64,000 bases of DNA from an uncultured Rickettsiales bacterium (GTDB taxonomy: Bacteria > Pseudomonadota > Alphaproteobacteria > Rickettsiales > RGZB01). Below, piece after piece: positions 48,274 through 60,613 of this stretch (position 1 is the first letter of the stretch; the number at the start of each line of letters is the position of its first letter). The notes beneath the pieces are model-generated. The model did no database searches. It was given only the letters and a program-made list of their open reading frames with translations, and had not been told where the DNA came from. Made by a program: the position numbers and the translations under genes. Location: the NCBI GenBank assembly GCA_964467255.1, contig CAYXPR010000003.1, positions 1,145 through 65,144 of the forward strand. The letters run 5' to 3'.

Positions 48274-49448
48274 TAGGCTGCTGCTGCTTTTTTCACGGCT
48301 TCCACCGCTTTTTTCGCTGCATCACCTAAATCATCTGCTGAAATAATCGTGAGACCGGATTTTTTCAGAATCTCTTTACCAGCTTCCACGTTCGTACCTT
48401 CTAAGCGCACCACCAGTGGCACGGAAAGTTTCACGTCACGCGCAGCGGCAATCACACCTTCAGCAATAATATCGCAGCGCATAATGCCGCCAAAAATATT
48501 AACCAAAATGCCCTTCACATTCTTGTCGGATAGAATAATTTTAAACGCTTCCGTTACTTTTTCACGGGTGGCACCACCGCCCACGTCCAAAAAGTTTGCA
48601 GGCTCTGCACCATAGAGTTTAATGATGTCCATCGTGGCCATCGCAAGGCCGGCGCCGTTCACCATGCAGCCAATCGTGCCGTCCATTTTCACGTAGTTCA
48701 GGCCCTGTTCGCTGGCGCGTGCCTCGAGGGGCTCTTCTTCGTCTTTGTCGCGCAGTTCCATCAGGTCAGGATGGCGGAACAGTGCATTGTCGTCGAAGTT
48801 GAATTTCGCATCGAGCGCGATGAAGTCACCGGCTTCGGTTTCCACCAGCGGGTTGATTTCGAGCTGGCTGGCATCCGTTTCGGTGAATGCACGATAGAGT
48901 GCGAACACAAATTTTGTGAAGCCTTTTACTTTTTCGCCGGAAAGGCCGATGCCATAGGCGAGTTTGCGCGCGTGGCAGCCCTGAATGCCCGTAGCAGGGT
49001 CAATCGCAGCGGTGATAATTTTTTCTGGGTGCTTTGCGGCTACTTCTTCAATTTCCACACCACCTTCGGCGCTCGCCATGAAGGTCACTTTCGACGTGGC
49101 GCGGTCTACCACCACCGAAAGGTAATATTCTTTGGCAATTTTAGAACCGTCTTCAATATATACGCGCTTTACTTCTTTGCCTTCGGGACCGGTCTGGTGC
49201 GTCACCAGCGTCATGCCGAGCAGTTTTTTCGCGTTTTCTTTTACATCAGCAATGGATTTTACCACTTTCACGCCGCCCGCTTTACCGCGGCCACCTGCGT
49301 GAATCTGCGCCTTCACCACCCACACCGGGCCAGGAAGCTTCTTCGCTGCCGCTTCGGCTTCATCCGCCGTAAACGCTACAAAGCCTTTTGGTACGGGTAC
49401 ATTGTATTTCGCCAGCACCTGTTTGGCTTGATATTCATGAATGTTCAT
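48273..49448 (-). CDS. sucC: Succinyl-CoA synthetase beta subunit
   Basis: [43 protein letters not shown]. Confidence 0.98.
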   Translation of the reverse strand: MNIHEYQAKQVLAKYNVPVPKGFVAFTADEAEAAAKKLPGPVWVVKAQIHAGGRGKAGGVKVVKSIADVKENAKKLLGMTLVTHQTGPEGKEVKRVYIEDGSKIAKEYYLSVVVDRATSKVTFMASAEGGVEIEEVAAKHPEKIITAAIDPATGIQGCHARKLAYGIGLSGEKVKGFTKFVFALYRAFTETDASQLEINPLVETEAGDFIALDAKFNFDDNALFRHPDLMELRDKDEEEPLEARASEQGLNYVKMDGTIGCMVNGAGLAMATMDIIKLYGAEPANFLDVGGGATREKVTEAFKIILSDKNVKGILVNIFGGIMRCDIIAEGVIAAARDVKLSVPLVVRLEGTNVEAGKEILKKSGLTIISADDLGDAAKKAVEAVKKAAAA

Positions 49449-49658
49449 CGGCTTGACCCTTCTTTGATATTCTTTAATGCGCCCTACGACTTAAAACAGC
49501 AGGGGCTGCTTATATAGCGCCGCTTTATTCCCCCGCGCAAGCGGCAGGCGCTTAAAAACATGCCTTTTTGCCTTGATGGGTGTGGGAAGGCCACAAGGGT
49601 GGCCGCTAAAAATGGCAGAAATGCTGGGGCCTTACTTATTTACACCATTTTGGTGTTG

Positions 49659-50414
49659 CTACTCTACTTCGTTTGGCCCGCGCGGGCGGTCACCAAAATT
49701 GGTCCGCCAGCCGCCACGCTCCTTTATGGTTCCAGAGTCCGGCTTTGCTGCAGCGGAGGCTTCATTCACTTGGCCCACCACTTCGGTGATTTCCTTGCGT
49801 ATCTTAGGGTCTGCGAGCACAAGCGCCATTACGGCCTCACGGAACGCCTCAGGGTCACGCGCGGCAAGTGCGGCCACAGCATCATCCATCTTCACCTTGC
49901 CGAGGAATTCGTCCACTGCCTTACCCACGTGCTGGCTTTTCCGCATCGCACGGCTCTTCAGCGCCCACTCCTGCGCCTTGTTTACATCCACATCTTCAAT
50001 GGGGATCACCAGCGTAGACTCCACATGCGCACCGCCAAGTTGACCAACCTTTGCCAATTTACCCAGTGTGGCAAACTGGCTTTGGCCTTCTTCTTTTCGG
50101 TCTACAATAATACGCACATTCTCGCGGTTTTTTTCATCAACGATTCCCTTACTCACCAATTCGGCGCGGAAGGCATCCAGCGTGGCCTGTGAATCCATGC
50201 GCAGCGGAAGGTTGCCGCCATCAAGGGCAATGCTGCCCATAAAATCGTCATCGGTCACACGCCTCGGGTCGAGCCTTACATGGGTGGTGGTAATAAAATA
50301 GCCCTCAGCCGGAACGGCGACAAACTTACCGCCCATTGGCGCGTCAAACTTTATCTCGGAAAGGTGGCGCGCCGTGCGGCGCTCCGGTGTTTCATTTCCT
50401 CTATCCACTGGCAT
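49659..50414 (-). CDS. Hypothetical (orphan) protein, 251 aa
   Basis: GGGGAG SD; own CtrA-type promoter; no recognised domain. Confidence 0.75.
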   Translation of the reverse strand: MPVDRGNETPERRTARHLSEIKFDAPMGGKFVAVPAEGYFITTTHVRLDPRRVTDDDFMGSIALDGGNLPLRMDSQATLDAFRAELVSKGIVDEKNRENVRIIVDRKEEGQSQFATLGKLAKVGQLGGAHVESTLVIPIEDVDVNKAQEWALKSRAMRKSQHVGKAVDEFLGKVKMDDAVAALAARDPEAFREAVMALVLADPKIRKEITEVVGQVNEASAAAKPDSGTIKERGGWRTNFGDRPRGPNEVE

Positions 50415-50453
50415 AAATCTCCCCGCGCATGTGAGCGTTTCTCTCTACAGTTG

Positions 50454-50485
50454 AGTATAATGGGACTGTCTTAAAAAACCGTTAA
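50454..50485 (-). promoter_or_regulatory. CtrA-type promoter for the 49659-50414 orphan
   Basis: TTAA-aaaaccg-TTAA at 50471-50485; 11 nt; TATACT on the minus strand at 50454-50459. Confidence 0.7.
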
Positions 50486-50512
50486 GGCAATAAATGGCTT
50501 TTTATCAGTGGG

Positions 50513-51676
50513 TTATTCCTGAAGCGTCACCAGCAAGGCGGAAAACTCGTCAAAGCGGGAATATTGACTCTTTTCCTCGGGAATGAACGTCCCTCCGCCG
50601 GCGCCACCCACCAGCACGGTTTCAGGCAGCAACGCACTTAAAAACAGCTGCGCCTCTTCTTCGCTTTGTACGCCATACGCCATTTTGCGGGCGGCGGTAG
50701 AAATAACAATCGCCAGCCTGTCACCCTTGGTGCGCGCCAATTGCAGCGGTTTCGCGTTTAATTCTTTCTTCTCTTTCGGCAGCGCCACTTCGCTGGGCGC
50801 GGCATACATCAGCTGCACCACCCTGCCTGCCTGCACGCTGCCACCCAGTGTCAGGCTTTGCTTACCCTCATTTACCGCCACGACAGTGCGCAGCATCCCA
50901 TAATTCTGGTGTTCTTTTTGTCGCACGAACAGCGGGAAGCGTAAACGCTGCTCTTCGTCATTATAGGCGTCACCTTTCAGATATTTCCGGTAGGTTTCCA
51001 GCGCGGGCCGGCCATCGAGCTCCTGCAACTCGCGGCCCTCTGCCTTTGTTACCATATGTTCTGCGCCATAGGGCGCGCAACCATGCACCGAGGCGCTGCG
51101 CATAGCAAGGGCCTTGCCATAAAAACCGATCGCAGCAATTTTCCCCTGACCTGGGTTTTCATCTGCACCCGCCTGCGTGTGCAGCACACCAAGGCCCGCC
51201 GAAGAGGTCAGCCCCCACACGTGCACTTTAGGGCCCACTTCCTGTGAAAGCGTGGCGGCCAGCGCCGCCGCATCGGGCACCAGGCTATCGGCCACTAAAA
51301 GCACGCTGTTTAAATCCTCTGCTGCCAGCTGGCGGCCCATGAATTTTCCGGTGTCATACGATTGCTTGGCTTCGGCAATATCGGCGCGCACCAGTCGCAG
51401 CTGCGTGTCTTTAAAGCGAATCGCCACCGCACTTACCGCGCCTTCATAGTGCTGGCGCGCGGCCAACTGCGCAGCCGTGGATGCTCCAATTACATGGGCG
51501 TAAGGGTAACGATGGGCGAGCTCTTTATAAATCGCATGGCGTTCCAGCATTTCGGGCGCTGCAAAATAGATCACCAGCTGAGCATCCTGCGGGCGCTCAA
51601 TCACATCGGCGGGGGCACCATCCACAATGGCCTGCCACCCGCCCTGTTCGGTATAGAGCAACTGCTGCACGTCCAT
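50513..51676 (-). CDS. FIST N/C domain sensor protein (NosP-like)
   Basis: YPYAHVIGASTAAQ, AIGFYG, VTKAEGRELQELDGRPALETYRKYL, FPL, RTVVAVNE. Confidence 0.85.
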   Translation of the reverse strand: MDVQQLLYTEQGGWQAIVDGAPADVIERPQDAQLVIYFAAPEMLERHAIYKELAHRYPYAHVIGASTAAQLAARQHYEGAVSAVAIRFKDTQLRLVRADIAEAKQSYDTGKFMGRQLAAEDLNSVLLVADSLVPDAAALAATLSQEVGPKVHVWGLTSSAGLGVLHTQAGADENPGQGKIAAIGFYGKALAMRSASVHGCAPYGAEHMVTKAEGRELQELDGRPALETYRKYLKGDAYNDEEQRLRFPLFVRQKEHQNYGMLRTVVAVNEGKQSLTLGGSVQAGRVVQLMYAAPSEVALPKEKKELNAKPLQLARTKGDRLAIVISTAARKMAYGVQSEEEAQLFLSALLPETVLVGGAGGGTFIPEEKSQYSRFDEFSALLVTLQE

Positions 51677-51719
51677 GGCACGCCCTTCCCGCTTGTCGCT
51701 TGTTTACCCCTTAGGCGTA

Positions 51720-52679
<960 letters not shown>

Positions 52680-52740
52680 TTATTTCTATGTTTCTTGCGC
52701 CACTTTTAAAGCGCCGGAACTAAAATAGGCCAAGCCGCAC

Positions 52741-52776
52741 AAAAAAGAAAGGGCTGTTGTTTAAACAGCCCTTTCC
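52741..52776 (-). terminator. Intrinsic terminator after rho and the downstream ORF
   Basis: GAAAGGGCTGTT...AACAGCCCTTTC stem with a T-tract on the minus strand. Confidence 0.85.
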
Positions 52777-52779
52777 GTG

Positions 52780-53892
52780 TCATTGTTTTTTAAGCTCGCT
52801 ATCCGCTCGAGGGTAATAGCCGTCCGGATCTATCTTCTGCAGGATAGACGCCACCTTAGACTGCGAATGGACGTGCTCCCAAAAATAACGCTGATTTTCT
52901 TTCATCATTCTGCGGCGGAGACCAGCATCTTCCATTAGTCTTTTTATCTGCTGCATCGCCTCGTTCACCGTAGTGAATTCAAGATAGTTTCTTTCATTGG
53001 TGAAATTTCCAGGAAGCGTCGCCTCAAATCGCTCAATTACAATTGGGCGACAAAAAGCTACATATTCCGCCACCCTGAAACCCACCGAATGATGTAGGCC
53101 TTCTGTAGCAACACAAATGGAATGTTTTGGTATCTGTTCAATAAACTGGTCCCGGTAACCGACTTTTTTGCCAACGGCCATCAAATCTGGGTACACTTGC
53201 GCAGCATAACTTCCGTAAAAACCCGCCGTCACCGTTTTTTCTGAATAATCCGACCTTAAGCGGCTAATTATTGCCGCACGCAGTTCGTTCACACGCCTGA
53301 ATTGTTCCGAAGTTTGCGGAGCTTCTAGGTGACTACCGTCCCATGCGCGAGTTAGAAAAAGAATTTTCTGCTCTCCATCTATCTCTTGCAATTGCCCCAA
53401 CTGCGAAAGCAAAAGGGAAACATTCTTTCCCATTGCAGAAAAGGGAAGGCTCCTTATAAAACTTTTCAGCCGCATTTTTGGGCTCCGAGCAAGACGCATT
53501 GCGTACGCCATGTGTAGCGGTTCATACATACTGCGACGCACAGGAAGAATTAAGCCGTACGAAATAATTTTCGGGCTTTTTGCGTGGAGAGAAGAATTGT
53601 AGGAGCGCTTGAAATAGAAATCAAATTCTGCAAGCTTATCCTCAATAATAAATGCGCTGTCATGAAAGTCGCAAAATACCTTTTTGCCGTTCGAAAAATG
53701 CAGCTCTGCCGTATTAACAAGATAGTCCGGCATGTCTACTGGTAATTTTTCTATAGCGGCAGCAGGTGGCGCAACGGCTGACTCTACAAACTTCAACTTT
53801 CCCATGCGACGGAATGCATCCAAGCCCGCGCAAAGCTCTAGAACGGCGGGATACGGCTCATCTGGGTGCAGAATAACCCGACACTCAAGCAT
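52780..53892 (-). CDS. Glycosyltransferase-like protein (Glyco_trans_1_2/CgeB-like C-terminus)
   Basis: YFKRSY; ICVATEGLHHSVGFRVAEYVAFCRPIV...NYLEF...LRRRMMKENQRY; visibly AT-richer than its neighbours. Confidence 0.6.
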   Translation of the reverse strand: MLECRVILHPDEPYPAVLELCAGLDAFRRMGKLKFVESAVAPPAAAIEKLPVDMPDYLVNTAELHFSNGKKVFCDFHDSAFIIEDKLAEFDFYFKRSYNSSLHAKSPKIISYGLILPVRRSMYEPLHMAYAMRLARSPKMRLKSFIRSLPFSAMGKNVSLLLSQLGQLQEIDGEQKILFLTRAWDGSHLEAPQTSEQFRRVNELRAAIISRLRSDYSEKTVTAGFYGSYAAQVYPDLMAVGKKVGYRDQFIEQIPKHSICVATEGLHHSVGFRVAEYVAFCRPIVIERFEATLPGNFTNERNYLEFTTVNEAMQQIKRLMEDAGLRRRMMKENQRYFWEHVHSQSKVASILQKIDPDGYYPRADSELKKQ

Positions 53893-53919
53893 AAGGCAAC
53901 AGGCCCTTTTAAACCTTGC

Positions 53920-55503
<1,584 letters not shown>

Positions 55504-55663
55504 AAGTCTCTTTTTGTATTTAAGGGGTTGTTTTTGAAGGGAAAACCGAGCACGTCGCGTGCTGGTATTATAACTCAGATGTTGTGTATGATTTTCTGAT
55601 GGGAGCAACCGGAAAGACATCCGGAGGTCCGCGTTCCCAAGGGCATTTTGCCCGTGTTACCTT

Positions 55664-55694
55664 CGTGGATAACGGAATTACGATGGCTTGTCAA
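55664..55694 (-). promoter_or_regulatory. Putative sigma70 promoter of rho
   Basis: TTGACA-N17-TATCCA on the minus strand; the -10 overlaps TTATCCACG (DnaA box, 1 mismatch). Confidence 0.5.
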
Positions 55695-55765
55695 AGCGTT
55701 TTTCGCCTGTGTGGGCGGTTTTAGGCCGTTTTTGTCATGAAAGCTTCACATTAGAAGCGCTTAAA

Positions 55766-55797
55766 TTTACCGAAAATTAAGGGTTCTCGCCTATCCT
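55766..55797 (+). promoter_or_regulatory. CtrA-type promoter (1 mismatch), probably leaderless, for the 737-aa orphan
   Basis: TTTA-ccgaaaa-TTAA at 55766-55780; 11 nt; TATCCT at 55792-55797; ATG 7 nt later. Confidence 0.6.
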
Positions 55798-55804
55798 GTA
55801 AGGC

Positions 55805-58018
55805 ATGGAAGAACAACCGCAAACACCGCCGAATACTGAGCCCGTCGTACCGCCTGCCGAAGCAGCGGCACCGGCAGCAAAAGAGCCTTGGCCAAGCCTT
55901 GAGGGTGTTCACCCCGCCATACCTAGGCCGCGCAACCCCGGCATGCCTGACCGCATGATTATAAGAACTATCGACTGGGCAATCCGCAACCCCGCAAAAG
56001 CCTTGCTTACAGCAACGGCTTTGGTCACCGGGGCGGTTGCCGTGGAGGATTTTAAATCCCCCGACCTGAAACAGCCCGCAAATGTCAGCCACATCGATGC
56101 TGGGTGGTGGAGCGGCGAAGTAAAGATGGAAAGCGGGGCGCTTTTACGCGCCGCTGCCGAAAAGAATCAAGGTATCGGTATCCTCGATAACAACCACAAC
56201 CGCGAAGAAATACCAAAATTCCTGCTCGACCATGTGGATGATATCGCCGCCACCAAGGGCATCATTTTCCTCGAGCGCGGGCAGAGCCTCAATGAGGGTA
56301 TCAAGAAATTTTATGCGGATGGCAATGTTGCGCATCTGGATAGTTTCCATTTCGGCGCGAAAGAAGTCCGCGACACTTACATTAAGCTGTTCGAAAAATG
56401 TCGGGAAAAGGGCGTGGAGATACTTTGCTATGACCGCGATGGCCCCATGCGAGACCCCAGTGCGCAAGAATATTACAGCTCACCGCATTACATGGGTGCG
56501 GGCCCGCGGCGAGGTGCGGAAGACTCTTTCCCAACCAGCGTCCCGCCTGAATTACAAGGGGGAGAAAAAAACTTTCTTTCTGAGCGCATTGCAGATAACC
56601 ACACTATGGCCAATTTTATGCGCGACACGCTGGTTGCGCGTGGCAATCCGACTGACTGCACGGTCTACTTCGTCTGCGGAAGCTATCATTTCATAAACCC
56701 CGAAATACCTAAAATAGAAACCACCACCGATAGAATCCGGTCTTTCTTACAAGGCCCTTTCGCTTCGCCACAGGTTAAGCGGGATCTCGATGAGTTGGTG
56801 GCCGATATTCTTCCTGCAGGGCCGCGCAAAGCAGTGGTCACCTTCGACACGGTGCTACCTGAAAAAGACAGAATACCCGATGGCGCCGCGCCTGAAAAAT
56901 ACAGCATCACTAAAAATTCAAGGCCCTTAACTTGGCATGGCGCAGACACGCAAGAATTTTCGTTAAAACTACCAGACGCTGTGTTTAACCGCTATCTCGC
57001 GCAACCAGAGTTCAGGGATATGGCGCCTGAGAAGCGCAAAGAGGCGCTTGCCGGTATACAAAATACGTTCAAAGACCTCATCGCCCTTGAGTCTGCGTTA
57101 GAAAAAATTGTGCCGGCAGAAAATATCTCGAACAGAGAACACATCGATCTACAAAACCACAAGGGATCAATCTCAAGACATATGACCGGCTTGCGCGATG
57201 CCTTATATTCGGGCGATCTTGATAGTGCCTCAATATATTTGGAATCCCTTAAAAAGAATGCCTCTTTGCCCCTTCCCTCTGGTGCGCGCGGTATGGAGAA
57301 CGAGTCTGCAGCCCTTGTGGCCACCGTTGCGAGGATAAACACAAACCTATCAAAATCCTTCTCTCCGGAAATTCTTTTGGCGCGTGAAATCGATCGTCTG
57401 GAACCACCCATTCCGTTTAATTTTATAAGAACAGAGATACAGAATGGCCCGACCGGAAGAGTCTACGACACCGGGGCCCTCCCGCCGGACGTTCAGAAAA
57501 TATTGGGGAAAAATAAAGAGGAGAAAATTATCCCCAGCTTTCGGGCCTTTATCACCGATATCGAAAAAAACGGAGCCACCCCTAACGGCAATCAGGCAGC
57601 TGCTAGCCTATTTCTTGGATTCGCGATAGAAGCCGTTGGTGAATGCCGATTCCAAGATGCCATGTGCCACCTTTACACCGCTACCGTACAGTCGGGGCGG
57701 CGGCCTGCGGATTATTTTGATACATTACAATGTCTAGATACCGCTTGTGTTGCCGTGAATCACGCACCTGCGCTTGTGGCCGCCCGCGCACCAAAAGAGA
57801 TACCCCAAATCATCGCCGGGCTGTCCGATGACGCGGCAAAAGAGCTTGCTTCCATTACAAACACATTGCGTATTGAAGCGCGCGCAGGGGGCGGCACGCC
57901 GCCCCCTGAAGATCCCTCGCAACAAACGGGCCGCAACTCTTTTGCCGACCGCTTCGTGGAAGAGCGCCGCAGGCCCACTCCGCCGCCGCAGGAACAAACG
58001 AATGGCCGCACGCTGTAA
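55805..58018 (+). CDS. 737-aa effector-like protein with a putative EreA/ChaN/TIKI/RRSP-fold domain
   Basis: Pro-rich N-terminus; hydrophobic segment; GILDNNH...IIFLER...CREKGVEILCYD...RIADNHTMA...VCGSYH; Pro/Arg-rich tail. Confidence 0.65.
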   Translation: MEEQPQTPPNTEPVVPPAEAAAPAAKEPWPSLEGVHPAIPRPRNPGMPDRMIIRTIDWAIRNPAKALLTATALVTGAVAVEDFKSPDLKQPANVSHIDAGWWSGEVKMESGALLRAAAEKNQGIGILDNNHNREEIPKFLLDHVDDIAATKGIIFLERGQSLNEGIKKFYADGNVAHLDSFHFGAKEVRDTYIKLFEKCREKGVEILCYDRDGPMRDPSAQEYYSSPHYMGAGPRRGAEDSFPTSVPPELQGGEKNFLSERIADNHTMANFMRDTLVARGNPTDCTVYFVCGSYHFINPEIPKIETTTDRIRSFLQGPFASPQVKRDLDELVADILPAGPRKAVVTFDTVLPEKDRIPDGAAPEKYSITKNSRPLTWHGADTQEFSLKLPDAVFNRYLAQPEFRDMAPEKRKEALAGIQNTFKDLIALESALEKIVPAENISNREHIDLQNHKGSISRHMTGLRDALYSGDLDSASIYLESLKKNASLPLPSGARGMENESAALVATVARINTNLSKSFSPEILLAREIDRLEPPIPFNFIRTEIQNGPTGRVYDTGALPPDVQKILGKNKEEKIIPSFRAFITDIEKNGATPNGNQAAASLFLGFAIEAVGECRFQDAMCHLYTATVQSGRRPADYFDTLQCLDTACVAVNHAPALVAARAPKEIPQIIAGLSDDAAKELASITNTLRIEARAGGGTPPPEDPSQQTGRNSFADRFVEERRRPTPPPQEQTNGRTL

Positions 58019-58021
58019 TGT

Positions 58022-58474
58022 CTAAAACGGCTTCAGTACTGCCAGCAGAATAATTACAATCATCAGCGCCGTTGGCACTTCATTTAAAATGCGGAAATAT
58101 TTTGCGCTCTTGGTATTCGCATCTTTTTCAAAATCTTTCCGGCGGCGCGAAAGGATGCCGTGCACGCCCGCCATCAGCAACACCAAAACTATTTTGGCGT
58201 GAATCCATTTCGCGGTGCCGGGGCCACCAAGGCCCGTTGCAATAATGAGAAGAATGCCAAACACAAACGTCGCAATCATCGCGGGGTTGATGATCACCCG
58301 CATCAGTCGGCGTTCCATCACCTTCAGCATTTCGCTGGCTTCTGACTTCGGCTTCACACCGCAGTGATACACAAACAGGCGCGGCAGATACAGCATCCCC
58401 GCCATCCACGCCACCATTGCAATCAAATGCAGCGCTTTTAAAAGCGCGTAATGTTCCATTAATGCAGCGCTCAT
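58022..58474 (-). CDS. hemJ: Protoporphyrinogen oxidase HemJ
   Basis: KALHLIAMVAWMAGMLYLPRLFVYH, MERRL, INPAM, NEVPT, LKPF. Confidence 0.96.
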   Translation of the reverse strand: MSAALMEHYALLKALHLIAMVAWMAGMLYLPRLFVYHCGVKPKSEASEMLKVMERRLMRVIINPAMIATFVFGILLIIATGLGGPGTAKWIHAKIVLVLLMAGVHGILSRRRKDFEKDANTKSAKYFRILNEVPTALMIVIILLAVLKPF

Positions 58475-58485
58475 CTTTCTCTCCT

Positions 58486-59577
58486 TTAGGCCGGTTTATG
58501 ATAGGCGCAGGCCGTAAAGCCCTGCGGACAGAGGCGCTTTTCGGCACAGGAATCGAGGTGCGTTTGCCGCGCCATCATTTTTTCGCACATCTGGGTCAGT
58601 GCCGTAATAAAAAACGGGTGGTCGTTCAGCGCTGGTACGCGGAAATATTTTGCCTCTTCAAGGCCATTATCCACTGCCAGTTGGCGATATTGTAAATCCA
58701 GCTCCACCAATGTTTCCGAATGGTCCGACACAAATGCCACCGGCACCAGCACCAGTGGCTGTTTGCGTTTTGCGCCGCGTATAATTTCTTCGTCGGTATA
58801 CGGCGAAATCCATTCGAGCGGCCCCACGCGGCTTTGGTAACACACCACATGGTCAAGGCCGGGAATGCCCATGCGCTCCACAATCGCCGCAGTGGTTTGC
58901 TCCACCTGCCATTGGTAGGGGTCGCCTTTTTCAATCACGTTTTTCGGCAGTCCGTGGGCACTAAACAGCACGCGTGGTGTTTCACCCGTTTCCTCAAGCG
59001 CCCTGTCATATTCTGCGCGTACCAGCGCCGCGTGCGCGGTAATAAATTCTTGGTGTATTGGGTAACAGCAGAGTTTTTTTGTTGGCGCCACCAGCCCAAT
59101 TTTCCGGGCGTGCTGCACCCAGTCTTTAAACGAGGAATCCGTCGTTGTGGTTGAATATTGCGGGTAGAGCGGCACTAGCAGCACCTCATCCGGCTCAAAG
59201 GCCTTAACCTCTTTTGCCACCGCATCACTGAACGGATGCCAGTAGCGCATGCTCACAAACACACGGACAGTCGCATTCGCCTTCTTCTTCAGCGATGTTT
59301 CCAGTGCGGCGGCTTGTTTTTTTGTCAGTTCCAGTAGGGGTGATTTTCCCCCTATTTGTGCATAAATATCCTGCGCTTCTTCTTCGCGTTTCCGCGAAAT
59401 CAGCGTAGCAACCATGAAGCGCAGCGGGTTCGGTAACGCGATAATCGCAGGGTCAGAAAATAAATTAAACAGGAATGGCTTTACGGATTGTAGTGAATCC
59501 GGCCCACCCAAATTAAACAGCACCACAGCAATTTTTTTCTGTGTTCTTGTTTCTTGTATCGGATTTTTAGCGTCCAC
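58486..59577 (-). CDS. hemH: Ferrochelatase
   Basis: NLGGPDS, MRYWHP, LYPQYS, FSAHGLP, YQSRVGP, FVSDHSETLVELD. Confidence 0.97.
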   Translation of the reverse strand: MDAKNPIQETRTQKKIAVVLFNLGGPDSLQSVKPFLFNLFSDPAIIALPNPLRFMVATLISRKREEEAQDIYAQIGGKSPLLELTKKQAAALETSLKKKANATVRVFVSMRYWHPFSDAVAKEVKAFEPDEVLLVPLYPQYSTTTTDSSFKDWVQHARKIGLVAPTKKLCCYPIHQEFITAHAALVRAEYDRALEETGETPRVLFSAHGLPKNVIEKGDPYQWQVEQTTAAIVERMGIPGLDHVVCYQSRVGPLEWISPYTDEEIIRGAKRKQPLVLVPVAFVSDHSETLVELDLQYRQLAVDNGLEEAKYFRVPALNDHPFFITALTQMCEKMMARQTHLDSCAEKRLCPQGFTACAYHKPA

Positions 59578-60613
59578 GCACTTGCCTCACCAACCACTCG
59601 ACATTTTGAATCGGCGTTTGAGGTAAAATACCATGCCCGAGGTTAAAAATATAGGGCGCGTCACCTAAGGTGCGCTTCAGATGCTTCACGGCATTGGCGA
59701 TGGTCGTTTTGTCGGAAAGTAAAATCGTTGGGTCTAGGTTTCCCTGCACAGGAAGTTTCTTTTGCAGTTTTTCTGCAGCCCATTCTGCCGGAACGGTGTA
59801 ATCAAGCCCAATCGCATCAGGTTTCACCTGCCGAACATAATTTTTATAATAAAGCCCTGCGCCTTTCGGGAAGCCGATAATCGGAACATCAGGACATGAT
59901 TTTCTGACTTTTCTGACTAACTCTGCCGTCGGTGCATTCACCCAGCGCTGAAAGCTTTTTTCATCGAGCACACCCGCCCATGAATCAAAAATCTGCAGCA
60001 CTTCTGCACCCGCTTCTACCTGCATAATCAAGTAATCCGCGGTGGCTTCCACCAATGTTTCAATCAGTGCGTCAAATGCCTTTGGGTCTTTATAACTTAA
60101 CGCTTTTACATGTTCAAAATGCTTGCTGCCGCCCCCTTCCACCATATACGTCGCCACGGTCCACGGGGCACCAGCAAAACCAATCAGCACCACTTCCGGC
60201 GGTAATTCTTTTTTCACCCGCGTAAGGGCTTCTGCCACAGGTGAAAGATGTTTTGTAATTTTCGGAATCTGTTTTTCAAGTGCCCGTATCTGTTTGGCCG
60301 TTTCAATCTTTGAAAGAACAGGGCCTTCACCTTCCACATATTTTAGTTTTTGCCCCAAAGCGTGCGGTACCACCAAAATATCAGAAAAAATAATTGCGGC
60401 ATCAAAACCAAACCGGCGGATAGGTTGTAGGGTCACTTCCGCCGCATATTCCGGTGTATAACACAGGTTTAAAAAATCACCTGCTTTGGCGCGTATTTTT
60501 CGGTATTCCGGCAAATATCTTCCAGCCTGCCGCATCAGCCACATGGGTGGCACAGTTCTCTTTTTTCCAGCCAGCACTTCAAGAAGTGGTTTTTTAATCT
60601 GCGTGGTGTTCAT
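59567..60613 (-). CDS. hemE: Uroporphyrinogen decarboxylase
   Basis: WLMRQAGRYLPEY, FSDIL, GFAGAPWTVATY, QGNLDP, FNLGHGI; start reassigned to ATG 60613. Confidence 0.97.
   Translation of the reverse strand: MNTTQIKKPLLEVLAGKKRTVPPMWLMRQAGRYLPEYRKIRAKAGDFLNLCYTPEYAAEVTLQPIRRFGFDAAIIFSDILVVPHALGQKLKYVEGEGPVLSKIETAKQIRALEKQIPKITKHLSPVAEALTRVKKELPPEVVLIGFAGAPWTVATYMVEGGGSKHFEHVKALSYKDPKAFDALIETLVEATADYLIMQVEAGAEVLQIFDSWAGVLDEKSFQRWVNAPTAELVRKVRKSCPDVPIIGFPKGAGLYYKNYVRQVKPDAIGLDYTVPAEWAAEKLQKKLPVQGNLDPTILLSDKTTIANAVKHLKRTLGDAPYIFNLGHGILPQTPIQNVEWLVRQVRGR

Noticed and set aside
55504-55620. Extra 39 N-terminal residues of Rho in the ORF track (similar over-extensions for XRE, wzt, yejF, sucD, hemE, aroE, coaE and the receiver protein)
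   Set aside because: Homology or SD context supports downstream starts; the extensions overlap neighbours or leaders
55733-55750. Possible Pho box (TTGTCAT-gaaa-GCTTCAC)
   Set aside because: The second half-site is too degenerate to support without a PWM scan
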